From positions 21,521,755-21,585,754 of the forward strand of contig CM119267.1 in the NCBI GenBank assembly GCA_051294375.1: DNA of 64,000 bases, written 5' to 3'. Below the pieces are notes generated by a model that had not been told where the DNA came from, searched no databases, and saw nothing but the letters and a program-made list of their open reading frames with translations. The translations under genes and the position numbers were made by a program. Source of the DNA: Paraspadella gotoi. Lineage: Eukaryota; Animalia; Chaetognatha. Positions 50,942-64,000 of the stretch are shown piece by piece (position 1 is the stretch's first letter; the number at the start of each line of letters is the position of its first letter).

Positions 50942-51764
50942 TATTCACGGTCTATAATTGTAGTAGACATAAAAATTTTAATGCAACACACTGTTGAACT
51001 AATGTCGCCTTAAGAATGATAAAACATTCCAGGTGCAATGAATCTATTCAAATCAAAATCTCTCCTTTTTTCTTAGCACCCACGCAATTCTCAATGCCTA
51101 ATCTTTTCATACAATATTAAAATATTCAACTTTCTCAATATAAAATAAAATGAAACAAGTGCGTCATGTATTTTGTCTTTTCTATGGCCGTATGGTTTAT
51201 ATACCTTTTCTTCGAATGCGTCACTTTTATCTTCGTCGTCATCGTCGTCTTTTTCATTTTCATCGTCGTCATGACGAAAGGATGAAAAACTCACCCAGTT
51301 TAGTCCACGAACCAGAAAAAAAAAACTCATCCGAAATATCATTATCCTTCTCAAGAATCCTTCCCTCCTCACAAGGCGCCATCCTTTTCCCGTATCACTC
51401 TTACTCACCCAAACCATCCCAACTTCCTTCCACGCGTCAAAAACATAACCATCCAACTGGATTTTTGGAAAAGGCATCTGAGCCGAGCGGCCCACGATAA
51501 CTCGAAGAGCATCATAACCTTCTTTCATGAATGGGTCCGGAACGAGAGAGAGACGAGAGAGAGAGACAGAGAATTTGATTTTTTTTTTTTTGAATTTATT
51601 CAATGGGGCTTTAGGCACAAAATAAAACAATAGGTCATAAAAAGCTACTTTATTACATTAAGTCTACGAATTTAGGCATTCATCATTGAAATCTTTCCAA
51701 TTTACAATTTATGCATGTATTTTCCCTTTGATTTTTTTTTTCCTTTTTTTGTCGGAACGAGAGA

Positions 51765-51836
<72 letters not shown>

Positions 51837-52337
51837 GTTCGAACGAAGAGGATTTTTTTCTTTTTGATTTTTTGTTCTTTTTTTTTTATTTTAAATTTTT
51901 TCTCTTTTCCATTTCTTTCTCGAATTTACTCTTAGTTGTAGAGATAGATTCTTAGAATATTACTAAATGAGATTATATATTCATCAATGCCATTTGCATA
52001 CTCTTGTTGTTTTATTTTATGTGTAACAATAGGCGCTAACATAGTGGTACGAGCGGAGAAGCGATGGAACCGATGATCACTTGCTTCCTAAACATCCCTT
52101 ACTGTTGTCTTTACCATTCTCGGTCCAGCTCATTTCTCCGATGGAAGGCCGAATCGTAAACATCGAAATAATAATTTTCTACTATTTCACAAAATGTAAA
52201 TATTAATTAAATATTTATTATTATGCATAATTATTATAACTTAAGAATTAATTAATAATTAATCCTTCCTCCATTCTAGGTTTGAACAAATTCCATTGTT
52301 TCTTAGTTTTGGAATTCCTCGAAAAATGTACTCGTCT
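47030..52337 (+). repeat. Gap-bounded partial copy of the block (matches 43895-46990, then continues into sequence also at 62715-64000)
   Basis: Direct sequence identity with small indels. Confidence 0.9.
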
Positions 52338-52363
52338 TNNNNNNNNNNNNNNNNNNNNNNNNN

Positions 52364-52394
<31 letters not shown>

Positions 52395-52866
52395 CGAGAG
52401 CAAGAGCGAGAGAGATCTTTCGATTTCGTGATCCAGATGGGATTTCGTCATAAAAAGTAAATGTGGTTCCAACGAAATTAATCCCGCGAGAATTTCGAAT
52501 GAGGGTTCAACTAATCAAAAATCTCTCGGCCTTTTATCCCCACGAATATAAACTCCTCACAAAGTTAATATTTTTATTACGATTCGCCATTTTGGATTTT
52601 TTTTAGTTCGTCGTTTCATCTCAATATCACAATATCTCAGACTCATGATGGCCATCGCTAGGTTTATTCCAATTGTAGGAGACATTTGTTGACCAGTCCT
52701 TGAAGCTTTAGTCCGAGTGACGATCGCCTTGAGTCGTCGTCGTCGTCGTNNNNNNNNNNNNNNNNNNNNNNNNNCCAACTTTTTCCCCTGTCTACTTGTA
52801 GTATCCCGTAAATCTTGACCGTCGTTGTTTATGGTTTGTTCGCAGCCTCTGCTCTGACTGTGTCTT

Positions 52867-52964
<98 letters not shown>

Positions 52965-53260
52965 TCATCATAGGGAATGTCGTTCGAATTCTGAATTTTT
53001 TTTTTTAATTTTCGCAGAATTTTCTCAACAGGGTTTATAAAATTTTCAGCCGATTATGAAAGTATCCTTATGCTTATTTAACAACAAAAGATCTGTTTAA
53101 TTATTCTTACTGAAAATCCTAATAAAAAAGAAGAAACAAACCAATTGATATCCAGACAAAAAAGAATAAAAACTTTTCCCATGACACCCATAAACTAATA
53201 TCGATTCGCGTCTCACTTATGAGAGGAAAAGAAGGAAATTGAGCAAAAAATCCTTTTGAT

Positions 53261-53335
<75 letters not shown>

Positions 53336-54350
53336 CCAAGTCTGCGAACCAAACAAGTTAATCGATTCCGTCCGGTTAGATTTCCATCTGTCCAACGATT
53401 TGCGATAAAAGTCATCAACTCATCATCGTAAAATCTAAAAAGCGGAAAGATGAGAAGAGAATTTATGTTTTATTGTTTTTAAATAAAAAATAAATTAGCA
53501 CAAGTTAGGGAAATGATGTTGACGTGGACCAAAGCAATGACAAAGAACAATGCCGATCTATACGCTTGGAGCTTAGAATGTTTATCTCTCATTTCATAGT
53601 CATCAGAATCAGCATCACAACTTAACTGGAATACAGATTTAAGATATAACAACTTGTGAACATCTTCCGTTTAAAACGTATCAACAAGCCGGAGTCAAGT
53701 GTTTTAAAGTTTTATATATACTATATACTAATATACTAAAAAAAAGTCCTTTGTGGCGAACTATTAGAAGGTAAAAAATAGAAAAGGACAACAGCGTGAA
53801 AAGAAAGAAACGAAGTTAAATTTATTTATCGAAAATATAATGAATTCGGGACGTCGAGGTCAGCGTTCTTGTTATCAGACGAAGCCTGCAGCGACCCCAA
53901 CCGGTCCCCGAAAGAGACGTGCGATGGAAGTTAGAGAGAAAAGACGAGACTTCTCCTAGAATCAATGATAATCAATAATCAGTAAGTCGAATTCATCCAT
54001 CCAATCGTTCTCAGCAAGAAGTTGAATTCGTTTTAAATCAAAGGGAATCGTTTAATCGTTTATAATCATTGGGCGGGCCAATCGGCAAGGTCACAGCTAT
54101 AAAAATAATCTCAAGTACAGTACAAATAATCACTATTGTACAAACGCGAAATAGTACAACGAAATATCGGAGGGTGACAAAAGGGTGACAAAAGTTTTAC
54201 GCAATAATTTCATTTGTCTTTGGTTTTTCATCTCATTCTTATCTGTTGACTTTTTTCTTCGGTCCTTTCTCTTAGTCTCTTTCCCCGCCTTTTCTCCTTC
54301 CATTTTTCCCAAATTCTCTCATACCGACCCAGACTGAGATCTCTCTCTTT
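52364..54350 (+). repeat. Third copy of the 45050-47000 core
   Basis: Direct sequence identity. It ends in the same AGACTGAGATCTCTCTCTTT breakpoint as copy A. Confidence 0.9.
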
Positions 54351-55785
54351 AGAATTTTCTCAACAGGGTTTATAAAATTTTCAGCCGATTATGAAAGTAT
54401 CCTTATGCTTATTTAACAACAAAGATCTGTTTAATTATTCTTACTAGGATCTTTTTTTCAGTTCTTTCAAAACAAATTCCTATATCAGTTTAAAATCATT
54501 TCTCTAATTTTAATTCTTTGTTACCTTAAATAATAAATAATCGTTTCAATTTTTCACCAAAACTTTCACTCAATTTACTCAATTCCTTCACTTCCATTTT
54601 CTCTCACCGATTGCGGTACTCCTTAAAAAAGTCATACAGCAACAAGGCAAAACCTTTTTCGTGCAATCTTTTGCTTCGCGGTTCGATCATAATTTTTCTG
54701 ACGGTAGAGGGCGAGCGCAAACGAAGACAACGCTGCGCGCTTTTGAACGAAGAGAAAAGGGAAAATAAAAAAATAAAAGAGCAACAATTTTTTTTTATGT
54801 AACGGATATACTAAAAATTTAAGTTTTTAAAAAAAACTTCCTGTGCGATATAAGTTTTTGGAGAGAAAAATTATCCGTACTCTCTATTTTGAATCATAAT
54901 AAAACTACCAATTATATTCGTAATTTACAATAAACCTTGAGCGCCTATTTTCCTCAGGAGATCTCCGTTAGTCGACCGGCTTCTTTTCGTTAAACTGTGA
55001 CCGAGACCGGGAGAGAAGCCGATCCGACTCCCGTAGTAGAGACGAAAAGCTTAAGGATGTTGCCAAGCACTCCGGAAGGGACGGGGGGGGGGGGGAATCG
55101 AAAGCTTGGTGGATCGACTGAACTGATAGCTTTGAATATTTTAATGTCTGGTAGAGTTGAATAGTTTAAAAAAATAGAAAAAATGAACTTCTCTTGTTGA
55201 TAATCATTAACTCTCTTCTATTTGTGAAAGAGTTTCTTCTCTTCACGTCCAAAAAAAAAGAAAAAAACGACAAGCTGTTTTGAAGCTTATTCTTTAATAC
55301 TTTATTGGCGATTATTTATCTAAAAAGCGAGGAAATTGACTTTCAGACGGGCCGACGATTATCTGCTTTGGTTTTTATAAAGAGAGACCATTTCCTAATT
55401 TTTGAGTTCTAGAAACCAGTACAAAAAATTAAAAAGAAACCAGTGTCCATAAAATATCTGCCCGAAACTCAACGCATTTCAGAGAGAAGGGGGAAAGAGA
55501 GACGGATATTATTTTTCTACACTATTTAATAATTGTAAGCTTTAACTCGAAAAAAGTTTATTCAATTCCCTTCGAGCCTGAAAAAATTAATGTTTAAAAA
55601 AAGGAAACACCAAAATTAAATCAACTCGATAGTTCAATTTTCGAATCTTGAAAAACTATCTCGATCAGAAAAAAAAAAAAATAGTTTCACGTCGCGACGA
55701 ACTCAAAGGTCGATTATCTCTCTGTCTCGCTCTCTTCTGTGTATCTCAACAGTCAAAAATTAAAGCGTCCAAAAACACCGGCACA

Positions 55786-57294
55786 ATGCTTTACGGTCGT
55801 CCGTCGTCTTCCTACTCGGCCTCTTCATCTACATCATCGTCTTCATTCCGCTCTTCCACATCTTCGAGCTTTGCCGTCGCCTAGCCGACGCCCTCTTTCC
55901 GCGAAGCCACGCCCACGACGTCGTGGACGTGAGACGCGTACTCTGGATCCCGTACACGCGCGTGCTCCTGCCTGAATTGCGCGGCGTTACACGTCCACTC
56001 GAGGTACGAGAATGCGCTGGATTTTGCGTGGCGCGATCCTTGCGTGCATTTGTACGGCGTCTCGGAAGAAGGGCTACTTTCGTTCGGACTAAGGAGGTTT
56101 GACGAATCTTTGTGTTTTTCTAATTTGTTGTTTGTTTTTGTTTGTTTTTTGCTTTGTTTATTGAAGTACTTGAGTGCCCTGGAATCGAAAACGTAAAATT
56201 ACTAAAACCTCGCCTTTTTAAATGTATTAAGATCTTTTTTAACTACGTAAAATTGTTCAAATTTCTATTGTGGTCGTTTAATCACAAAATCCACACAGTT
56301 CATGACGTACCTACACCACCTCACAATCAGGTCTAGAAATCTTCGACTCCTCGACTCGATCCTTCATGTGTGATTCCATCACGACTTCGCCATCGAATTC
56401 GGCGTCGTTCCGCTCCAACCTTTCCAACGCCTCGTCGACAAAGCGCCGTCACTGTCCAACGCCGCGCTGACGCTGCCCAAGCGGCGCCGTCGTCACCGCG
56501 CGTCGTCTTCGTCGGCATCCAGGCCGCAGCGGTCGACCCTGGTCTGTCAGCACTCGAGGAGATCGACGGCGCGGTCGTCCTAAACCAACCCAAAGTCCTT
56601 CTCGATATTTTCAATCTTGTCGTCGACGATTGGCCTTCGCCATCGATCTTCTCCAAGCACTGCCTCCTTTGCCTGGCCAAACCCTTGTGGAGTGGTTCCT
56701 CCGTGTTGATCATCAAACTGGGCGTCAGAGAGACCTATTTGCTGAAAGACGTGTTGGACGCGCGGGAAGACTCTGCCTTCGAGACGGCCTTTCTCTTCAC
56801 CTACCGCCATCCCATAGCCGGCGTCAAGTCCAGCGTCCGCACAGCCACGCAGCTGCTGACCGACTCCTTCGGGCTCGCCGGGCAACTTCCGATTCTGCGA
56901 CGCTGGCTTCCGACGTCATCACCTCGCGCGGGAAGAGTTTCTCGCCGATTTTCGAGCGAGACTCGAGCGCCTCGTCGACGACGATGAAAGATGGCGTCGA
57001 AGTTTCGCCTGGATACAAAAACTGGACTTTAGTGCGAAGGATTTGGAGTTCCTGACGCTGGCGGTATAGCGGCGGGCGGCAGTAGCGGCGGCGGCGGCGA
57101 GCGTGTCCTCGGCCTGGGAAAGACGTCAGTTTCCTCATTCTTCTTCTGTTGGCATTTGTGTTCGTTGTTGCTTTGCGCGAGTTGAGGAGGAAAACGCTGT
57201 ATCGAGACGCCGTCCTGCCAATTTCTTACGAGGAGTTTGTATCGGACCCTTCCATTTGGAGGACGAGGATCCTTCCATTTTGCGGGTGAGTTAA

Positions 57295-57343
<49 letters not shown>

Positions 57344-57603
57344 TCTCTCTCTTCTCTCTCTTCTCTCTCTCTCTCTCCTCTCACAATTCAGTTTCTCAGG
57401 TTAACCACGGCGACGGCCACGAAGGCTCGGACGCCGTTGACTCCGCGACTCCCAAAGAAACAGTCGATCGCCAACGAGTGGATGAAGCGGCAGCACCGGA
57501 CGAGCTTCTCCAAAGCCGATTGGACAAACTGGACGAAATCGTCAAGATGGCGGGCATCGCGGAATCGATATTCGACGACATAAAAGAGTACAAATTGTTT
57601 TAG
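55786..57603 (+). pseudogene. Second copy of the sulfotransferase-fold gene with many 1-nt frameshifts (pseudogene or unpolished assembly)
   Basis: Same exon structure as 40132-41916 with scattered single-base indels. Confidence 0.6.
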
Positions 57604-57852
57604 ATTTTTTAAAAGGCATGTCAAGGATTTTATTTTTTTTTCGACTTCAATAAATCTAAGTTTGTCCTTATTTTTATTCAATGCCGTCTGTGTTTTCACC
57701 GGATTGTTACAAACAGAAGAAAAAAAATGTTTCATCACAAAGGATTGCCTTTATTTTATAAACTCTGCTAATGATTGGTTTCAATTCGAAATTTCCTTCT
57801 CCGTTCTTTTCTTTGCTCCAAGTCTTTTCGTCCGACATTCGAGGTCAGGACA

Positions 57853-58282
57853 TCAGGCGGCTTTCCTGCTAGGAAGATGGCCAGAGCAGCGCCGCCCACC
57901 GCTGTCACCGAAAACTCCGTCCACCGCCGCCGCGCCGTTAAATCCCGGGGCCATGTCGCATTGCGCCTTCGTGAGATGTTCGGATCCCCCAACTTCGCAT
58001 TTACTTATGTATGTATTGTGGCACTGTGAGACGCATTGGCCAATTGTTGCCTTTGGGAGTTAAACCGTAAAAAAAAAAAATTTAACAGCCATCCGTGTGC
58101 ATGGTTGCGGGGATTTCAAATAATTAAGTTTTTGACGGGATCGCTCACCGAATTGGTCTGTGGGCCAGGCAGCAGGCGTCGATCTGCTTGCCTAGCCTGC
58201 GCAATCTTGTCCGCTTGTGCAATCAAAATTGGCATCGACGGATAAAAAGAAGAAAAAACCAATAACTAGTAGACGACAGCAT
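57853..58282 (-). pseudogene. Second copy of the small 8-Cys GPI-like gene, frameshifted as assembled
   Basis: Colinear with 42165-42596 but with several indels. Confidence 0.55.
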
Positions 58283-60702
58283 TCTTCGTTTTTTCGTCGG
58301 CTTATTATTATTATTTTTGTTTTTGTTTTTTTTATAACGAAAATTTTCGAGAGAGAGAGAGAGGTCCTAAGGACCTAACACAAGGTTTCGGATGAAAACT
58401 AGCGACTGGTTTTTTTTAACTTTAACTTTAGTTTTTTGTCGTATGTTGTGTACAAATTAATGAAACGAATGGAAAAAGAAAGTTTCCAAGGATTTCACAA
58501 GCCATCGTGAAATGACTCGCGAAAAAAAAAGTAATACTGGCTCCACAATACAAAGTTTCTCTGGATTGGTAAGAACGAAAAATTATAAAGAATAAAATAT
58601 AAAAAAAATGTTTTAAAACAAGTTTTAGTAAGCAATGACGGATCTACCCATGATCTTTTAGGGGTAAGCATCTAATCAGAAAAGTAATAATTAATCTTGC
58701 AATCTTTTTTATTTAATATAATTTACTATTAAAGTCTATTAATATTTATAATAAATATTTTTATTCTGAATTGCCTCCCTCTTAAAAAAAGAAAATCAAA
58801 ATTTAATAGTGTAATATCATTTCTGTTTTTTCTATTTTACTAAAATTTGATTTCCATCTTGATCACTCACGTTTTTACCCACACACAAAATTTAATCGAT
58901 TGCCCACTTATGAGTAAATGGGGGTTCAAAGCTAAGGTGAGACGGATATACGAAAGGACGGACAAACAAAAAGACAATCGATGATCTGACATCAAAGATT
59001 TTAAGGGTGGGACCGACGGACCGACGGACCGACACAGTGGATTATAGAGCCGGAATTTGCTGTTTCAGCCGAACAGTCAAAAACCAGATTTAGAGACCTT
59101 GTTGTCGACGCTGTCCTTCGCCTGGTGACTCAGGATGCCGATCGTTCGCCATCCATAATGTTCTAAAATTTGAAGAAAAAAGCGGAGATTTTACGGAGAG
59201 AGGCCAACATCCGGGTAAGGTCACCAAATCTGTTGCGGGGTAAGTGGACGGAGAGAGGATAGGGGGGGAGTGGGAGGGGGAGGATAAAGAATAAATGAGC
59301 ATCGATTTCTTAAGGTCTAGAGAGATTCTGTTTATCACTGTTTATCTCTAGAGTGGATCGGCGCTTTTTGACCTGTGTGTTCCGATTGAGAACGTTTGAC
59401 CCGTTTTCCCTCCTTTCCCCTCCCAACCCGCCCCCCCCCCAAAAATGGTTTCCGTTTGACCTTCTTGGCTTCTTCCTTAGGCCAACAGCCCCCCTCAACA
59501 ATCCTCCATCTTCGTGAATATACCGCCACTATAGCTTGTTTAAAGCTATTGGATAATTATATATTGGTTGTATCAATTTCTTAGGAATTCAGCTCCTTGT
59601 TTTCTGATGCTAGGGCGGAGGACAATATAGTATTCCCGGATCTAATACTTAAGCGCGTTGTCTTTTCATACAATTGAAACATTCTTTGAACATTCATATG
59701 TGGACAGCCAGGTACTCTGGTGAAAGAACCCCTCCTCGACCTAGCGGAGAGGAGAAGACGTCGCGAGAGAAACTGGACTAAAGACGCGACCGCTGGCGCC
59801 GTAAAGTTTATAAGTTTCTTATCCACTTGATATTAATGGGTACCTTAATAAAATAATAAAAGCATATAGATATTCATACAGACAATAAAATAATCAAACA
59901 ATAATACTACTAACAATAAATAAAAATAACAGAACACAAGTGATCGCAGAAGAAACACGGAGTAATTATGTAAAAGCACAGAAGCTGTCCAAACGTCTAT
60001 TTAGTCTGAAGAGTCTGATCCAAAATGTCGAATTCCGAATGATCACAAAAATGGACAGTAGCCGAAAGTCAATATCTCTCTTAACCGGGAGGCAAAAAGA
60101 GCATCTGGGTTACGGTCGTCTGGACTTTACACTGGGAGTTAATAAACGAGACTGTGAGAGTGTCTGACCTGCTATGTCATTATCTTGTAAGTTTGATGGA
60201 GGCCTTAACCACAAAGTCAGGACACGTGAGCTTGTTTATTAAATGAATGAATAATTTTTATATTGGTTGTACCAATTTCATATAAACTGTCAAATATCGA
60301 CGACAAATGTACGGCGAAGGTATTTTTTTTCCCCTCTTCTTCCTTTTCTTATCCTCAGCTTTTGGTTTACCTTACCACATTCTTCCCAACACGGCCCGCT
60401 CCATCCCTCCCCCCTCTCTCCACCTTTCAAACACCCCTCGTCAAACTACTCACTCATCTTTGTCGACGAAAGCGTCGGCCCACCCTCGCGGAGACATGAT
60501 GGAATACGCCAGAATTTGAAGAATCTGTTTAAAAAAAAAGAGGAAAACAAAGATGGCGATCGATCACGTCGCTATGGTTACGGTGTCATGGATTCGCTTG
60601 TTAGTTATATATTATTTTCCTTTTATTTTTCTAATTGAATTTATGGTTGGGTCTGTCCGAATCTAGAGAACGGGAGGAAATGGAAAACGGCAAAAAAAAA
60701 AA

Positions 60703-60746
<44 letters not shown>

Positions 60747-61225
60747 AGAGGAGCGAGAGCGAGAGCAAGAGCGAGAGAGATCTTCGATTTCGTGATCCAG
60801 ATGGGATTTCGTCATAAAAAGTAAATGTGGTTCCAACGAAATTAATCCCGCGAGAATTTCGAATGAGGGTTCAACTAATCAAAAATCTCTCGGCCTTTTA
60901 TCCCCACGAATATAAACTCCTCACAAAGTTAATATTTTTATTACGATTCGCCATTTTGGATTTTTTTTAGTTCGTCGTTTCATCTCAATTTCACAATATC
61001 TCAGACTCATGATGGCCCATCGCTAGGTTTATTCCAATTGTAGGAGACAGTTGTGGACCAGTCCTTGAAGCTTTAGTCCGAGTGACGATCGCCTTGAGTC
61101 GTCGTCGTCGTCGTCGTCGTCGTTCGTTCGTCAACTTTTTCCCCTGTCTACTTGTAGTATCCCGTAAATCTTGACCGTCGTTGTTTATGGTTTGTCGCAG
61201 CGTCTCTGTCTGTCTGTGTCTTTTG

Positions 61226-61296
<71 letters not shown>

Positions 61297-61613
61297 GTCT
61301 CTCTCTCTCTCATCATAGGGAATGTCGTTCGAATTCTGAATTTTTTTTTTTTAATTTCGCAGAATTTTCTCAACAGGGTTTATAAAATTTTCAGCCGATT
61401 ATGAAAGTATCCTTATGCTTATTTAACAACAAAGATCTGTTTAATTATTCTTACTTGAAAATCCTAATAAAAAAGAAGAAACAAACCAATTGATATCCAG
61501 ACAAAAAGAATAAAATCTTTTCCCATGACACCCATAAACTAATATCGATTCGCGTCTCACTTATGAGAGGAAAGAAAGGAAATTGAGCAAAAAAAAATCC
61601 TTTTGATTAATCT

Positions 61614-61657
<44 letters not shown>

Positions 61658-63467
61658 NNNNNNNNNNNNNNNNNNNNNNNNNTCTCTCTCTCTCTCTCTC
61701 TCTCCCAAGTCTGGAACCAACAAGTTAATCGATTCCGTCCGGTTAGATTTCCATCTGTCCAACGATTTGCGATAAAAGTCATCAACTCATCATCGTAAAA
61801 TCTAAAAAGCGGAAAGATGAGAAGAGAATTTATGTTTTATTGTTTTTAAATAAAAAATAAATTAGCAACAAGTTAGGGAAATGATGTTGACGTGGACCAA
61901 AGCAATGACAAAGAACAATGCCGATCTATACGCTTGGAGCTTAGAATGTTTATCTCTCATTTCATAGTCATCAGAATCAGCATCATCACTTAACTGGAAT
62001 ACAGATTTAAGATATAAACAACTTGTGAACATCTTCCGTTTAAAACGGTATCAACAAGCCGGAGTCAAGTCAGTTTAAAGTTTTTATATATACTATATAC
62101 TAAATACTAAAAAAAGTCCTTTGTGGCGGAACTATTAGAAGGTAAAAAATAGAAAAGGACAACAGCGTGAAAAGAAAGAAACGAAGTTAAATTTATTTAT
62201 CGAAAATATAATGATTCGGGACGTCGAGGTCAGCGTTCTTGTTATCAGACGAAGCCTGCAGCGACCCCAACCGGTCCCCGAAAGAGACGTGCGATGGAAG
62301 TTAGAGAGAAAAGACGAGACTTTCTCCTAGAATCAATGATAATCAATAATCAGTAAGTCGAATTCATCCATCCAATTCGTTCTCAGCAAGAAGTTGAATT
62401 CGTTTTAAATCAAAGGGAATCGTTTAATCGTTTATAATCATTGGGCGGGCCAATCGGCCAAGGGTCACAGCTATAAAAATAATCTCAAGTACAGTACAAA
62501 TAATCACTATTGTACAAACGCGAAATAGTACAACGAAATATCGGAGGGTGACAAAAGGGTGACAAAAGTTTTAACGCAATAATTTCATTTGTCTTTGGTT
62601 TTTCATCTCATTCTTATCTGTTGACTTTTTTCTTCGGTCCTTTCTCTTAGTCTCTTTCCCCGCCTTTTCTCCTTCCATTTTTCCCAAAATTCTCTCATAT
62701 CCGACCCAGACTGAGGTCGAAATTTCCCAGAGTCAAAACTCGAAATTCGACTCGAATGACAATGAGAACGACGAAAACTCGAACGTCAAACGTCGCGCGA
62801 AAAGAGACGCAAAGCGAATGACAATGACTTTGAGTCATCGATAACAACGTGAGTGACAAACCGTCATCTTTGCTGACGATGTTGTCACAAATGTAATGGC
62901 CAACTACTACTACTAGGAAGGAACAGGAGGGAGCGAGGAGACTCAAGTGTCCCCAAATACTCCAATAGGTTTCACCGCGAAACGGCCGGCTGACAACCGA
63001 CAAAATTACCACAATAAAAACCAACAGCGACGAGATCATAAAAACCTCGATTGCAAAATCACGGAATAATAAAAAAAATGGGGAAAAAAAGCAAAGTGTT
63101 CCTCGTGTTATTCCCGATAATAAAGATAAGAAACAAAAAGCTTGACGGAAGTCCAGATATTCGAGAGATTACAGCTCGAAAACGTTTGTGGTATAATAAA
63201 AAAATGGGAATATATATTATAAACTAGGCTAATTTCTCTTTCAATCGATATGAAAAATGAAAAATCTAAAGACAACCCCTGTAATTGATACTTTTTGCAT
63301 AACATGTTATATATATATATTATTATATATTATCCGCGCCGGTTCTTTACAAAAAGAATTTTTTTTTTCTTTTCTTTTAATTTCTTGTTTCTTTCCCTTT
63401 TTGTTTGGGTTCGACGTTGCGATGTTTCTTTTAAAAAAGTGATGTGAGATGGAAAAAGAAAAAAACA

Positions 63468-63560
<93 letters not shown>

Positions 63561-64000
63561 CCTTTTATTCACGGTCTATAATTGTAGTAGACATAAAAAT
63601 TTTTAATGCAACACACTGTTGAACTAATGTCGCCTTAAGGAATGATAAAACATTCCAGGTGGCAATAGAATCTATTCAAATCAAATCAAAATCTCTCCCT
63701 TTTTTCTTAGCCACCCACGCAATTCTCAATGCCTAATCTTTTCATACAATATTAAAATATTCAACTTTCCTCAATATAAAATAAAATGAAACCAAGTGCG
63801 TCATGTATTTTGTCTTTTCTTATGGCCGTATGGTTTATATACCTTTTCTTCGAATGCGTCACTTTTATCTTCGTCGTCATCGTCGTCTTTTTCATCTTCA
63901 TCGTCGTCATGACGAAAGGATGAAAAACTCACCCAGTTTAGTCACGAACCAGAAAAAAAAAAACTCATCCGAAATATCATTATCCTTCTCAAGAATCCTT

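Larger units (their letters stand above)
54451..64000 (+). repeat. Segmental duplication block, copy B (matches 38805-46990, then 50135-51360)
   Basis: Colinear near-identity. Confidence 0.93.

Overview
Eukaryotic, probably invertebrate animal, genomic DNA: GC/CpG-rich exons, AT-rich GT-AG introns, many (AG/CT)n microsatellites and several N gaps. Most long ORFs in the supplied track are microsatellite artefacts, so gene models were built by hand from splice sites and intron phase. Left half: the 3' part of a net/ATOH8 bHLH gene, a MARCH5-like RING-CH E3 ligase, a 10-exon acidic/Lys-Gly protein with a THEG-like motif, a small LTR-like (TRIM-type) element with a tRNA-Lys primer site and a double-hairpin array, a calmodulin-like gene, a Cys-repeat type-I membrane protein, TPPP/p25-alpha, two paralogous Arg/Gly/Tyr-rich PPxY membrane proteins, and a natriuretic-peptide-receptor-like gene that appears to lack kinase-homology and cyclase domains. 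Right half (about 38.8-64 kb): 2-4 near-identical copies of an ~8 kb block carrying a sulfotransferase-fold gene and a small Cys-rich GPI-type gene. One duplication junction carries a templated insertion. Many 1-nt indels suggest unpolished assembly. No prokaryotic systems or CRISPR arrays were seen. All family assignments are from motif recognition, not database searches.
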